DNA of 64,000 bases from Candidatus Buchananbacteria bacterium (GTDB taxonomy: Bacteria > Patescibacteriota > Patescibacteriia > 2-01-FULL-39-33 > JBAYJR01): NCBI GenBank assembly GCA_041665005.1, contig JBAYJR010000009.1, forward strand, positions 203 through 64,202, in the 5' to 3' direction. Shown here one piece after another: positions 1-9,833 of this stretch; position 1 is the stretch's first letter, and every line of letters begins with the position of its first letter. The notes under the pieces were generated by a model. That model did no database searches. It had not been told where the DNA came from and saw nothing but the letters and a program-made list of their open reading frames with translations. A program made the position numbers and the translations under genes.

Positions 1-1643
1 ACTTAAGATCAATTCATGAACGTTTGACCAAAAATGCTTACCCGATGCAATTACCAATTGGTTCGGCGGAAACTTTTAAAGGATTAGTTGATTTATTAGA
101 GCGCAAAGCCGAAGTTTATTTTGAAGATGATTCTGGTACCAAATGGGAAGTGCAAGAGGTCCCGCCAGAAATGAAAGAAGATGTTGAAAAGTATCGTCAT
201 CAATTGGTGGAAGTAGCCGCCGAGCAAGATGATGTTTTAATGAATAAGTATTTAAACGGTGAAGAATTAACTATTCCCGAAATTAAACGGGGTTTACGGT
301 TGGGCGTGATTCGCAATAAATTTGTGTTGGTTTTGTGCGGTTCGGCTTTAAAAAATAAAGGCATTCAATTTATGTTGGATGCGGTTAATGATTATTTGCC
401 GTCACCTTTAGATATTAAACCACCAACCGGCATGGATGTTAATGATATTGAAAAAAAGATCCCGGTGGTGATTGCCGACAATCAACCATTTGTGGGTTTA
501 GCTTTCAAAATTGCTTCTGATCCTTTCGTGGGCAAGTTAGCTTATTTTAGAATTTATTCCGGAATTTTAAAATCCGGTTCTTATGTAGTAAATAATAGCA
601 ACGGTGAACGCGAACGGGTTAGTCGGATTGTTAGAATGCATGCTAATTCTCGCGAAGAAGTTGATGAAGTTTATGCGGGAGAAATTGCCGCGATTGTCGG
701 TTTAAAAAATACCACTACCGGGGATACTATTTCTGATCCCGAACATCCAATTATTTTAGAAAGAATCGTTTTTCCAGAGCCAGTTATTTCGGTAGCGATT
801 GAGCCAAAAACTAATGCCGATCAAGAAAAAATGGGCGTGGCTTTACAAAAATTAGCCGAAGAAGATCCAACTTTTAGAGTTCATACCGATGAAGAAACCA
901 TGCAGACAATTATTGAAGGCATGGGTGAATTACATTTGGATATTATTGTTGATCGCATGAAGCGCGAATTTAAAGTAGAGGCTAATGTGGGTAAACCACA
1001 GGTAGCATATCGAGAAACGATTAAGAAAAAAGCGGAAGGTGAAGGTAAATATATTCGTCAGTCTGGCGGTCGTGGTCAATATGGCCATTGCTGGTTACGC
1101 ATTGAACCATTAGAACCAGGCAAAGGTTTTGAATTTGAAGATAAAATCAAGAGCGGTTCTATCCCTAGAGAATATATTGCCCCAATTGGTAAGGGTGTTA
1201 AAGAGGCCTTGGATAAAGGTGTTTTAGCCGGCTATCAATTAATTGATATTAAAGCCACGGTGTATGATGGTAGCTATCATGATGTTGACTCTTCCGAAGC
1301 CGCTTTTAAAATTGCTGGTTCGTTAGCTTTACAGGAAGCGGTTAAAAAAGCGGATCCAATTTTGTTAGAACCAATTATGAAAGTAGAAATTATTACTCCC
1401 GAACAGTTTATGGGTGATGTTATGGGCGATATCAATGCTAAACGCGGTCAGATTATTGAAATGCGAGATCGTTCTGGGGTTAAGGTAATTGATGCTAAGG
1501 TGCCTTTAGCCGAAATGTTCGGCTATGCCACTCAATTGCGGTCCATGACTCAAGGTCGCGCTAGTTATAATATGGAATTGGAGCGTTATATGGAAGTGCC
1601 AAAAAACGTGGCTTTAGAGATTATTGAAGGTCGTAAAAAGTAA
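1..1643 (+). CDS. fusA: Elongation factor G (5'-truncated by window start; in-frame from position 3)
   Basis: Translation contains the EF-G domain II-V hallmarks (…DAVNDYLPSP…, …GMGELHLDIIVDRMKREF…, …GRGQYGHC…); the reading frame is open to the window edge; sits directly upstream of tuf. Confidence 0.95.
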   Translation, partial: LRSIHERLTKNAYPMQLPIGSAETFKGLVDLLERKAEVYFEDDSGTKWEVQEVPPEMKEDVEKYRHQLVEVAAEQDDVLMNKYLNGEELTIPEIKRGLRLGVIRNKFVLVLCGSALKNKGIQFMLDAVNDYLPSPLDIKPPTGMDVNDIEKKIPVVIADNQPFVGLAFKIASDPFVGKLAYFRIYSGILKSGSYVVNNSNGERERVSRIVRMHANSREEVDEVYAGEIAAIVGLKNTTTGDTISDPEHPIILERIVFPEPVISVAIEPKTNADQEKMGVALQKLAEEDPTFRVHTDEETMQTIIEGMGELHLDIIVDRMKREFKVEANVGKPQVAYRETIKKKAEGEGKYIRQSGGRGQYGHCWLRIEPLEPGKGFEFEDKIKSGSIPREYIAPIGKGVKEALDKGVLAGYQLIDIKATVYDGSYHDVDSSEAAFKIAGSLALQEAVKKADPILLEPIMKVEIITPEQFMGDVMGDINAKRGQIIEMRDRSGVKVIDAKVPLAEMFGYATQLRSMTQGRASYNMELERYMEVPKNVALEIIEGRKK

Positions 1644-1651
1644 CAAAATAT

Positions 1652-2017
1652 ATGGATAAATTAACTCGTTTGATTAATTTGATTCAAAAAACTGGGGATA
1701 AGTTGGTGATTACTGATACAGCCGGTAATTCGGCTTATGTTATTATGAACCTTAAGGACTATGAAAGATTTATCCTAGGTCAATCTGATGTTGCGGACTT
1801 GACAGAAGAAGAATTATTGTCTAAAATCAATCGTGACATTGCTTTGTGGAAAGCTGGTCAATCAAATGATATTTTGTCTGATTTAAGCCAAAAATTAGCC
1901 AAAGAGGAGTTAGAATCAGTGGCTAATAATCCCTTGGAAAACAATACTGATTTTGTAGAAAACAAAGATAATAATAAAGAAGATCAATATTACATTGAGC
2001 CAGTGGAAAACCTGTAA
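1652..2017 (+). CDS. Small protein with an N-terminal Phd/YefM-like antitoxin fold signature (…DKLVITDTAGNSAYVIMNLKDYERF…) and an acidic C-terminal tail; unknown function
   Basis: 121-aa ORF filling the fusA-tuf spacer; N-terminal pattern resembles the YefM 'ILITRxGxxxxVLMSxEEYExL' motif; no partner toxin ORF nearby. Confidence 0.45.
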   Translation: MDKLTRLINLIQKTGDKLVITDTAGNSAYVIMNLKDYERFILGQSDVADLTEEELLSKINRDIALWKAGQSNDILSDLSQKLAKEELESVANNPLENNTDFVENKDNNKEDQYYIEPVENL

Positions 2018-2027
2018 GTATCAAGAT

Positions 2028-2056
2028 TTGACAGAAAATAATTTTTAATTTATAAT
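2028..2056 (+). promoter_or_regulatory. Sigma70-type promoter for tuf: TTGACA(2028-2033)-N17-TATAAT(2051-2056)
   Basis: Perfect consensus hexamers with 17-nt spacer about 100 nt upstream of tuf ATG; the 5'UTR also holds a 7-bp inverted repeat AGCGGTC(2101-2107)/GACCGCT(2135-2141) just before the GGAG RBS. Confidence 0.6.
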
Positions 2057-2158
2057 ATTATTGCTTTTTAATTAATAATACATTTAAATACTTAAATTTT
2101 AGCGGTCTGGCTAAAACCCTACTATAAGCTGGGGGACCGCTTGAAGGAGAAAATAACC

Positions 2159-3343
2159 ATGGCAATCTATCAAAGAACAAAACCTCATGTTAATGTAGGC
2201 ACAATTGGTCACGTAGACCACGGCAAGACCACTCTAACCGCGGCTATCTTGAAAGTGTTAAAAGACAAAGGCTACGTCTCTCAAGATAAGGGCGTTGATC
2301 AAATTGATAATGCTCCCGAAGAAAAAGCTCGCGGTATTACTATTGCGGTGGCTCACGTTGAATATGAATCCGATAAACGCCATTATGCTCATATCGATTG
2401 TCCAGGACATGCCGATTATATCAAAAACATGATTACCGGTGCGGCTCAAATGGATGGTGCTATCTTGGTAGTTGCCGCGACTGATGGGGTAATGCCTCAG
2501 ACTCGCGAACATATTTTATTAGCTAGACAAGTTGGCGTGCCTTATATTGTGGTTTTCTTAAATAAATGCGACATGGTGGAAGATAAAGAGTTGCTAGATT
2601 TAGTAGAAGAAGAAGTCCGCGATTTATTAAAGAAATATGAATTCCCTGGTGATACTACGCCAATTATTCGTGGTTCAGCTTTGAAAGCTTTAGAAAACAC
2701 TGCCGGTCCAGATGGTGATGCTGTCATGAAGTTGATTCAAACCTTAGATGAATATATTCCTGAACCAGCTCGTGATACCGATAAGCCATTTTTGATGCCA
2801 ATTGAAGATATTTTTTCCATTGAAGGTCGTGGCACGGTAGTCACTGGTAGAATTGAACGTGGTGTAGTTAAGTTGAATGATGAAATGGAAATTGTTGGTT
2901 TAACCGCCACTCAAAAGACCGTAGTTACTGGTATTGAAATGTTTAAAAAACAACTAGAAGAAGGTCGCGCGGGCGATAATGCGGGATTGCTATTACGGGG
3001 AACCAAAAAAGAAGAAGTGGAACGTGGTCAGGTAATTGCTAAACCAGGTTCAATTACGCCGCATACTGAATTTGAAGGACAGATTTATATTTTAACCAAA
3101 GAAGAAGGTGGTAGACATAAGCCATTCTTTAAAGGATACAAGCCACAGTTTTATATTCGTACTACCGACGTTACTGGTGAAGTGGAATTGCCAGAAGGCA
3201 CCGAAATGGTAATGCCGGGCGATACGGTTAGTTTGAAGGTTAAATTAATCAAACCAGTTTCTTTGGAAGAAAAAGGCAAGTTTACTATTCGCGAAGGTGG
3301 ACGCACTGTTGGTGCTGGTACTGTCGCTAAGATAATTAAATAA
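2159..3343 (+). CDS. tuf: Elongation factor Tu
   Basis: [26 protein letters not shown]… (G1 P-loop), DCPGH, NKCD motifs; GGAG RBS at 2146-2149; ATG 2159 preferred over the upstream TTG 2141 in the track. Confidence 0.97.
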   Translation: MAIYQRTKPHVNVGTIGHVDHGKTTLTAAILKVLKDKGYVSQDKGVDQIDNAPEEKARGITIAVAHVEYESDKRHYAHIDCPGHADYIKNMITGAAQMDGAILVVAATDGVMPQTREHILLARQVGVPYIVVFLNKCDMVEDKELLDLVEEEVRDLLKKYEFPGDTTPIIRGSALKALENTAGPDGDAVMKLIQTLDEYIPEPARDTDKPFLMPIEDIFSIEGRGTVVTGRIERGVVKLNDEMEIVGLTATQKTVVTGIEMFKKQLEEGRAGDNAGLLLRGTKKEEVERGQVIAKPGSITPHTEFEGQIYILTKEEGGRHKPFFKGYKPQFYIRTTDVTGEVELPEGTEMVMPGDTVSLKVKLIKPVSLEEKGKFTIREGGRTVGAGTVAKIIK

Positions 3344-3387
3344 TAACGGGAACTATTGGTTTAAAACCCACGTTCTTTAGCAATCAC

Positions 3388-3750
3388 ATGGTCAAAGGAA
3401 AAGAGACAATCGTTAAAACTAGTCCTGCTACCACCGAAGGTGGAGAGAAGCAGAAGATTCGTATTAAAATTAGAGCTTACGATTATAAAATTATTGATCA
3501 GGCCGCTAAGACTATTATTGAAGCCATTAAACGTTCCGGAGCGGAATATCAAGGCCCAATTCCTTTACCAACGGAAAAGAAAAAGTACACGGTTAATCGT
3601 TCTACTTTTGTTCATAAGAATGCTAGAGATCAGTACGAAATGCGAACGCATAAAAGAATTTTGGATATTATAGAGCCCACGGCCAAAACAATTGATTCTT
3701 TAAGTAATTTAAACATGCCGGCCGGAGTGGATATAGAAATTAAAATGTAA
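3388..3750 (+). CDS. rpsJ: 30S ribosomal protein S10 (about 20-aa N-terminal extension)
   Basis: …[23 protein letters not shown]…GPIPLPT…[16 protein letters not shown]… matches S10. Confidence 0.93.
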   Translation: MVKGKETIVKTSPATTEGGEKQKIRIKIRAYDYKIIDQAAKTIIEAIKRSGAEYQGPIPLPTEKKKYTVNRSTFVHKNARDQYEMRTHKRILDIIEPTAKTIDSLSNLNMPAGVDIEIKM

Positions 3751-3822
3751 TAACTTAGGCTTAGCGAGGTAAATAACCCTAAATCAGGAAGTGCTTACCG
3801 GGCTGAGGTTAAGATGAAGGAA

Positions 3823-3900
3823 TTGACAAAGTGATAACATAAAATTTTACTAACATTTACCGGTAGTTCGGGAGCCGGGATTAGTTCCGGCTTTTGTTAT
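3823..3900 (+). promoter_or_regulatory. rpsJ-rplC intergenic structured element: TTGACA-like box (3823-3828) followed by GC hairpin AGCCGG(3873-3878)/CCGGCT(3887-3892) + TTTTGTT
   Basis: 170-bp spacer inside an otherwise tightly packed operon; hairpin+T-tract resembles an intrinsic terminator/attenuator; alternative pairing possible with upstream CCGGTAGTTCGG. Confidence 0.35.
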
Positions 3901-3920
3901 AGAAAAAATATTAATTTATT

Positions 3921-4655
3921 ATGAAATTTATTTTAGCTAAAAAAGTGGCCATGACTCAGGTGTTTACTCCTGAAGGCAAGGTAATCGCTGCTACTAAATT
4001 GGTGGCTGAACCTTGTAAAATAGTGGCCTTAAAAGACCAAAAATCTGACGGTTATTTAGCCGTTCAGGTTGGTTTTGGTAAAAAGAAAAAGGTTTCCAAA
4101 GCTTTGGCTGGTCAGCTAAAGGGTTTGGGGAACTTTGCTCAGCTAAAAGAATTTCGTTTTGATAAAAAGGGTGAAACAAAATTACCGGAAGTTAAAGTGG
4201 GCGATGAGGTTAAAGTTTCAGTTTTTGCGATTGGTGATAAATTAAATATTACTGGTTGGGCCAAGGGCCGAGGTTTTCAGGGGGTAGTTAGACGTCATCA
4301 TTTTGCGGGTGGACCCAAAACCCACGGTCATAAAGATAACCTTAGAATGCCTGGAGCAATTGGTTCGGGCGGTATTCAAAAGGTATTTAAGGGTTTAAGA
4401 ATGCCTGGTCATATGGGTACGCAACAGGTTTTTTTACAAGGTTCAAAAGTTTTAGAAATAAATGAAACGGATAATTCTTTATTAGTCTCTGGTAGTTTGC
4501 CGGGGGCGCGTAACGGTTTATTAATTATTACGGCTTTGGGCGAATTAAAAATTGCTCAAGTGGCAGAATTAGTTGAACAACCAGTGGCTGAAGTGGTCAC
4601 TGAGGCGTCAGTAGTAACCGAAGCTCCGGTTTCAGTAGAAGAAGTAAAAGTTTAA
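3921..4655 (+). CDS. rplC: 50S ribosomal protein L3 (C-terminal extension)
   Basis: …GKGFQGVVRRHHF…GPKTHG… L3 signature; operon position. Confidence 0.95.
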   Translation: MKFILAKKVAMTQVFTPEGKVIAATKLVAEPCKIVALKDQKSDGYLAVQVGFGKKKKVSKALAGQLKGLGNFAQLKEFRFDKKGETKLPEVKVGDEVKVSVFAIGDKLNITGWAKGRGFQGVVRRHHFAGGPKTHGHKDNLRMPGAIGSGGIQKVFKGLRMPGHMGTQQVFLQGSKVLEINETDNSLLVSGSLPGARNGLLIITALGELKIAQVAELVEQPVAEVVTEASVVTEAPVSVEEVKV

Positions 4656-4673
4656 AGAAAATTTTAATTAAAT

Positions 4674-5306
4674 ATGCAAGTTAAAGTTTATAATCAACAA
4701 GGTAAAGAAGTCGGAACCAGGGAACTACCCAAGGAGATTTTTGCGGTGCCAGTTAAAGAATCGGTGGTTCATCAAGTAGTAACGGCGATTTTAGCCAATT
4801 TACGCGAACCCTGGGCGCATACTAAAACTAAGGGTGAAGTTCGGGGTGGCGGTAAAAAACCTTGGAAGCAAAAAGGGACTGGTCGGGCGCGACATGGTTC
4901 TTCTCGTTCACCAATTTGGAAGGGTGGCGGTGTAACTTTTGGTCCCCGCAACGATCGCAATTATAAACAAAAAGTTAATAAAAAGGTTAAATCTTTGGCT
5001 TTAAGAATGGTGTTATCGGACAAAGCGTTAGCGGAAAAGATTACAGTGCTTGAAGATTTGGTTTTGACTTCAGTTAAGACCAAAGAATTGGCCAAGGTTT
5101 TAAAGACTTTAAAATTAAATAATGTTTTGATTATTTTAGATAAAAAGAATGATGAGGTAAAATTATCGGCTAAAAATTTGCCAAAGACTTCTGTGGTTTC
5201 GGCCAAAAGTTTAAATATTTTAGAAATGTTGAAACGAACCAATTTAATTATTACTAACGCCGCCGTAGAGCAATTGGTTGAAACTTACGGCAAAAAGATT
5301 AAATAA
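4674..5306 (+). CDS. rplD: 50S ribosomal protein L4
   Basis: …KPWKQKGTGRARHGS…PIWKGGGVTFGP… L4 signature. Confidence 0.93.
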   Translation: MQVKVYNQQGKEVGTRELPKEIFAVPVKESVVHQVVTAILANLREPWAHTKTKGEVRGGGKKPWKQKGTGRARHGSSRSPIWKGGGVTFGPRNDRNYKQKVNKKVKSLALRMVLSDKALAEKITVLEDLVLTSVKTKELAKVLKTLKLNNVLIILDKKNDEVKLSAKNLPKTSVVSAKSLNILEMLKRTNLIITNAAVEQLVETYGKKIK

Positions 5307-5310
5307 ATTT

Positions 5311-5757
5311 ATGAGTATTTTAAATAATATTTTTAATAAAGAAGAAGAAACTAAGGCTAAGCCGGCTAAGAAGGTGGTGACCAAAACCACTGGGGCGGTT
5401 AAGGTTAAGCCAGTAGCTACAGAAAAATCAGTAGAAGTAGCGGATATTAAGAAATCTAGCCATGGAAATTTAGTTAATCAGCATTTATTAGTTAGGCCAG
5501 TTATTACGGAAAAATCCGCTAATTTAGCGGTACAAAATAAGTATGTTTTTGCGGTTTTGGCCAAAGCTAATAAAACAGAAGTTGCTAAAGTAGTAGCGGC
5601 TATTTATGGAGTCACGCCAATTAAGGTTAATATGATAAAAGTTCGTGGCCGGAAAGTAAAATATGGAAAAACTTCTGGTGAAACTAAAGCTTGGAAGAAA
5701 GCCTTAATAACCTTAAAAGCCGGAGAAAAAATTGAATTTTCTCATCAGAATGCTTAA
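5311..5757 (+). CDS. rplW: 50S ribosomal protein L23 (long lysine-rich N-terminal extension)
   Basis: …LLVRPVITEKS…YVFAV…A…K…IKVNMIKVRGR… L23 core; ATG 5311 chosen just after L4 stop rather than the overlapping start in the track. Confidence 0.88.
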   Translation: MSILNNIFNKEEETKAKPAKKVVTKTTGAVKVKPVATEKSVEVADIKKSSHGNLVNQHLLVRPVITEKSANLAVQNKYVFAVLAKANKTEVAKVVAAIYGVTPIKVNMIKVRGRKVKYGKTSGETKAWKKALITLKAGEKIEFSHQNA

Positions 5758-5779
5758 TTGTTTAGTTTATTAATCAAAT

Positions 5780-6610
5780 ATGTCAATTAGAATTTATCGA
5801 CCAACTAGTCCCGCTCGTCGCCAAACCAGTGTTTTGGATTTTTCGGGATTGACTAAAAAACGCCCAGAAAAATCTTTAATTTCCACCAAAAAAATTCAAG
5901 CCGGTCGTAATGTTAGTGGAAAAATTACAGTTAGACATCAAGGTGGTGGCGTTAAGACTTTTATTCGTTTGGTTGATTTTAAGCAAGATAAATTTAATAT
6001 TGTTGGTAGGGTTGCAGCCATTGAATATGATCCTAATCGTAGTGCTTTTATTGCTTTAGTTAACTATGCTGATGGTGAAAAACGCTATCATTTAGCGCCA
6101 CAAGATTTAAAAGTCGGTGATAAGATAGTTAGTTCCTTGCAACCATTAGAAATAAAAGTGGGCAACCGCACAGTTTTAAAAAATATTCCAGTCGGTTTGT
6201 TTGTGCATAATATTGAATTGGAGCCTAGAAAGGGCGGAAAATTGGTCCGTTCAGCAGGTTTGGGTGCTCAGTTGCAAGCTTTAGAAAATGGTTTTGTTAC
6301 TTTAAAGATCCCCAGCGGTGAAATTAGAATGGTTAGTGAAAATTGTTTAGCAACGATTGGCATGGTTTCTAATTCTGACTGGCAAAATATTCGTTGGGGT
6401 AAAGCTGGTCGCTTGCGTCGCAAAGGCATTAGACCTTCAGTTCGTGGTAAAGCGATGAATCCAGTGGATCATCCTCATGGTGGTGGCGAAGGTGTTAACC
6501 CAATTGGTTTGAAATATCCTAAGACACTTTGGGGTAAACATGCTTTGGGTGTTAAGACTAGAAAACAGAATAAAAAATCAGATAAACTAATTATTCGTAG
6601 AAAGAAATAA
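5780..6610 (+). CDS. rplB: 50S ribosomal protein L2
   Basis: …[16 protein letters not shown]… …HPHGGGEG… L2 signature. Confidence 0.97.
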   Translation: MSIRIYRPTSPARRQTSVLDFSGLTKKRPEKSLISTKKIQAGRNVSGKITVRHQGGGVKTFIRLVDFKQDKFNIVGRVAAIEYDPNRSAFIALVNYADGEKRYHLAPQDLKVGDKIVSSLQPLEIKVGNRTVLKNIPVGLFVHNIELEPRKGGKLVRSAGLGAQLQALENGFVTLKIPSGEIRMVSENCLATIGMVSNSDWQNIRWGKAGRLRRKGIRPSVRGKAMNPVDHPHGGGEGVNPIGLKYPKTLWGKHALGVKTRKQNKKSDKLIIRRKK

Positions 6611-6613
6611 TAT

Positions 6614-6955
6614 ATGTCTAGATCACTAAAAAAAGGGCCCTGGGTTGATCCAAATATCTTAAAAAAGATTGGGCGGGTTAAGATTGGTGAAAAAGTAGTT
6701 ATTAAAACCTGGTCTCGGGATTGTACAATTACCCCAGAAATGTTAGGCTTTACTTTTGGCGTGCATAACGGTAAGACTCATATTCCAGTTTTAGCAGTAG
6801 AAAATATGGTTGGTCATAAGTTAGGAGAATTTTCGCCAACTCGTAAGTTTGTTAAACATGGTGGTAAAATGCAACGAGATTTAGAAGTTAAACAGGCTGC
6901 GACTGCGCAAGATGCCGCCAAAGCCGCTAAGGCGACGGTGGAAACTAAGAAATAA
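6614..6955 (+). CDS. rpsS: 30S ribosomal protein S19 (C-terminal extension)
   Basis: [18 protein letters not shown]…[12 protein letters not shown]…HNGKTHIPV… S19. Confidence 0.95.
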   Translation: MSRSLKKGPWVDPNILKKIGRVKIGEKVVIKTWSRDCTITPEMLGFTFGVHNGKTHIPVLAVENMVGHKLGEFSPTRKFVKHGGKMQRDLEVKQAATAQDAAKAAKATVETKK

Positions 6956-6960
6956 TTTTT

Positions 6961-7470
6961 ATGCAAATAACTGCTACATTAAATTATTTAAGAATTGGTC
7001 CGCGCAAGGTGCGTTTGGTTACCGACTTAGTTAAAGGTAAAGATGTTACCTTGGCTTTAGCGCAGTTAAAATTTATTCCTAAAATTAGTAGTCGGCCAGT
7101 GGTTAAATTGATTAATTCGGCGGTCGCTAATGCTAAAAATAATTGGCAGATTGAAATTGATAACTTAAAGATTAAAGATATCCAGGTAGATGGTGGCCCA
7201 GTGCTCGATCGTTGGTTGCCTAAAGCGATGGGTCGAGCGACACCAATTAGAAAACGCACTAGCCATTTAACAGTAATTTTGGAAGAAAAGGTTTTAAGTG
7301 CAAAATCTGCCAAGCGGGCAGTTAAAAATACTGTAGCAGTAAAAACAGTTAGTTTGGAAGAGGCTAAAAAAGCCGAAAAAGAAAGTGTTAAAAATAAAGC
7401 GGTAGCTGATAAAGCCAAGGGTCAAGCCGGTTCTACTAAGCGTCGCTTGTTCAGTCGTAAGACTGGTTAA
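6961..7470 (+). CDS. rplV: 50S ribosomal protein L22 (C-terminal extension)
   Basis: L22-like core (…RIGPRKVRLV.DLV.GK…A…L…) in the S19-S3 slot. Confidence 0.92.
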   Translation: MQITATLNYLRIGPRKVRLVTDLVKGKDVTLALAQLKFIPKISSRPVVKLINSAVANAKNNWQIEIDNLKIKDIQVDGGPVLDRWLPKAMGRATPIRKRTSHLTVILEEKVLSAKSAKRAVKNTVAVKTVSLEEAKKAEKESVKNKAVADKAKGQAGSTKRRLFSRKTG

Positions 7471-7497
7471 TAAATTGTTAGACAAGAATAAATTAAT

Positions 7498-8238
7498 ATG
7501 GGTCAAAAAGTCAATCCAAAAATTTTCCGAATCGGTATTATTGATACCTGGAATTCTAAATGGTTTAGCGTTAAGAATTACCAGCAGTATTTACGTGAGG
7601 ACGTGGTAATTAAAAAATATTTACGAAATAAGTTGCGTGAAGCAATGGTAGCTAAAATTGACGTTGAACGCTCTCAAAAATCTTTGACAATTATTATTCA
7701 TACGGCTAAGCCCGGGGTAATTATTGGTCGGGGTGGCGCGGGAATTGAAGAATTAAAAAAAGAAATTAAAAATAAGTTTTTACGTGATAAAAAGACGCAA
7801 AAGTACACTGTCGACAGTTTAAATATAAATATTTTTGAAGTTGATAAGCCAAACCTATCCGCCACTATTTTAATGCAACAGGTGATTACGGATTTAGAAA
7901 AAAGAGTTTTGTTTCGTCGAGCGGTTAAGGGGGCAATTGGTCGGGCAGAAAAAGCCGGAGCATTGGGAGTAAAAATTATCGTCGCTGGTCGGTTAAATGG
8001 GGCAGAAATTGCTCGAGATGGCACCCTATTTTCTGGTAAACTACCTTTACAAACTTTACGCGCAGATATTGATTATGCTAGAGGTGCAGCTCAGACTATT
8101 TATGGTAAGATTGGGGTTAAAGTTTGGGTTTATAAAGGGGAACTATTTGCTAAGGAAACAAAAGATAAAGAAGTTAAAGAGTTTAAAGAAGAAAACGTTA
8201 AACCTAAGAGTCGTAGTAAGAAGATAAGTAATAAATAA
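7498..8238 (+). CDS. rpsC: 30S ribosomal protein S3
   Basis: MGQKVNPKIFRIGI… KH domain …GRGGAGIE… S3. Confidence 0.95.
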   Translation: MGQKVNPKIFRIGIIDTWNSKWFSVKNYQQYLREDVVIKKYLRNKLREAMVAKIDVERSQKSLTIIIHTAKPGVIIGRGGAGIEELKKEIKNKFLRDKKTQKYTVDSLNINIFEVDKPNLSATILMQQVITDLEKRVLFRRAVKGAIGRAEKAGALGVKIIVAGRLNGAEIARDGTLFSGKLPLQTLRADIDYARGAAQTIYGKIGVKVWVYKGELFAKETKDKEVKEFKEENVKPKSRSKKISNK

Positions 8239-8241
8239 TTT

Positions 8242-8652
8242 ATGTTGGCTCCAAGAAAAACAAAACATCGCAAGTGGCATCGCCCAGATATCAAGGGGAA
8301 TGCTTGTCGTAAACGCGAACTTAGTTTTGGCAGTTTTGGCCTACGGGCAGTAACTGGCGGTTGGGTTTCGGCTAGACAAATTGAAGCCGCGCGTCGGGCG
8401 ATGACTAGATTTATTAAACGTAACGGCAAAGTTTGGATTAGAATTTTTCCGGATTGGCCAATTACCCAAAAAGGTTCTCAGTCAACCATGGGTGGTGGTA
8501 AGGGTGTGCCAGAATATTATGTCGCCAAAGTTTTGCCAGGCACAGTAATGTTTGAAATGGATGGAGTAGCAATTACCGACGGTCGCGAAGCGATGCGGTT
8601 GGCTTCTCATAAGTTATCAGTCAGGACTAAATTTATTACTAAACAAGACTAG
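8242..8652 (+). CDS. rplP: 50S ribosomal protein L16
   Basis: MLAPRKTKHRKWHR… …RMGGGKG… L16. Confidence 0.95.
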   Translation: MLAPRKTKHRKWHRPDIKGNACRKRELSFGSFGLRAVTGGWVSARQIEAARRAMTRFIKRNGKVWIRIFPDWPITQKGSQSTMGGGKGVPEYYVAKVLPGTVMFEMDGVAITDGREAMRLASHKLSVRTKFITKQD

Positions 8653-8654
8653 TT

Positions 8655-8849
8655 ATGAAAGTCAAAGAACTTAGAGAAAAATCACCAACAGAATTACGCA
8701 AAGAAATTGCTGAAGAGCAGGTTAAATTGCGAGAATTAAAGTTTAAAATCGCTTCTAAACAATTAAAAAATGTTAGAGAAATTAGAGTGGTTAGATTAGG
8801 AATTGCTAAAAGATTGACTATTTTAAAAGAAAAAGAGTCTAAACAATAA
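8655..8849 (+). CDS. rpmC: 50S ribosomal protein L29
   Basis: MKVKELREKSPTELRKEI…ELKFK L29. Confidence 0.9.
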   Translation: MKVKELREKSPTELRKEIAEEQVKLRELKFKIASKQLKNVREIRVVRLGIAKRLTILKEKESKQ

Positions 8850-8853
8850 CTTT

Positions 8854-9102
8854 ATGTCACCAACCAAAATTTTTAGAAAATTTATCGGAGAAGTGGTTTC
8901 AGCTAAAATGCAAAAAACCATTGTGGTTAAGGTTGTGACCTTAAAATGGCATTCTAAATATGGTAAGCAGTATAAAGTTTTTACTAAATACAAAGTGCAT
9001 GACGAAAAGAATGAAGCGAAAGTTGGTCAGATTGTAGAATTTGTAGAATGTCGACCTTTAAGCAAAGATAAGCGTTGGCGTTTAGTAAAAATTGTTAAAT
9101 AA
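8854..9102 (+). CDS. rpsQ: 30S ribosomal protein S17
   Basis: …GEVVSAKMQKTIVV…YKVHDE…GQIVEF…RPLSK.KRW.L S17. Confidence 0.93.
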   Translation: MSPTKIFRKFIGEVVSAKMQKTIVVKVVTLKWHSKYGKQYKVFTKYKVHDEKNEAKVGQIVEFVECRPLSKDKRWRLVKIVK

Positions 9103-9120
9103 GTTTTAAGTTAATTATAT

Positions 9121-9492
9121 ATGGTTCAAGAAAGAAGTTATTTAGTCTCAGCAGACAACACCGGCGTTAAACGCATGCAGGTTTTTAAGGTGCACGGTGG
9201 TTACAAAAAACGCTTTGGTCATTTGGGTGATATTGTTACAGTAGCCGTTAAAGAAGCGATTCCTCACAGCATGGTTAAAAAAGGGGAAGTTTTAAAAGCG
9301 GTTATTGTTCGCACCAGAAAAGAAACTCGTCGAGCGGATGGTACTTATGTTAGATTTGATGAAAATGCTGGGGTTATTGTTGATCCTAAGAGTAAGGAAC
9401 CCAAGGGGACGCGTATTTTTGGTCCGGTGGCTCGTGAGTTAAGGGCTAAGGGTTTTAGTAAGATAATTTCTTTAGCTCCTGAGGTTTTATAA
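9121..9492 (+). CDS. rplN: 50S ribosomal protein L14
   Basis: …[14 protein letters not shown]…[11 protein letters not shown]… L14. Confidence 0.97.
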   Translation: MVQERSYLVSADNTGVKRMQVFKVHGGYKKRFGHLGDIVTVAVKEAIPHSMVKKGEVLKAVIVRTRKETRRADGTYVRFDENAGVIVDPKSKEPKGTRIFGPVARELRAKGFSKIISLAPEVL

Positions 9493-9513
9493 AAAGTTTA
9501 AGTTTAGATATTT

Positions 9514-9822
9514 ATGAAAATCAAGAAAGGCGACATTGTAAAAGTTATTACCGGTAAAGACAAAGGTAAAACCGGTAAGGTGTTGAAAGCTGTGCCAGCC
9601 GATTTCAAGGTAGTGGTGGAGGGTTTAAATTTGATTATTAAACATCGCCGACCGCGCAAAGAAAATGAAAAAGGACAAAAAATTCAATATCCAGCCCCGT
9701 TAACTTTAGCTAAGGTAATGTTGGTTTGTCCGCATTGTAGTAAGGCGGTTAGGGTGGCTTATCAAATAGGTCAGGATAAAATTAAACGAAGAATTTGTCG
9801 TAAATGTAAAGAAGTTATTTAA
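9514..9822 (+). CDS. rplX: 50S ribosomal protein L24 with C-terminal CxxC…CxxC zinc-ribbon extension
   Basis: MKIKKGDIVKVITGKDKGKTGKV… KOW motif; C-terminal CPHCSKA…CRKCKEV. Confidence 0.9.
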   Translation: MKIKKGDIVKVITGKDKGKTGKVLKAVPADFKVVVEGLNLIIKHRRPRKENEKGQKIQYPAPLTLAKVMLVCPHCSKAVRVAYQIGQDKIKRRICRKCKEVI

Positions 9823-9833
9823 TTTATTAAGTT

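Noticed and set aside
2258-2727. Minus-strand ORFs (84 and 61 aa) inside tuf
   Set aside because: They are antisense to a very highly conserved CDS. Their low-complexity translations are typical of shadow ORFs.
6984-8429. Several minus-strand and alternate-frame ORFs (144, 70, 108, 76, 99 aa) overlapping rplV, rpsC and rplP
   Set aside because: They are shadow ORFs within contiguous ribosomal protein genes, with no start context or motifs.
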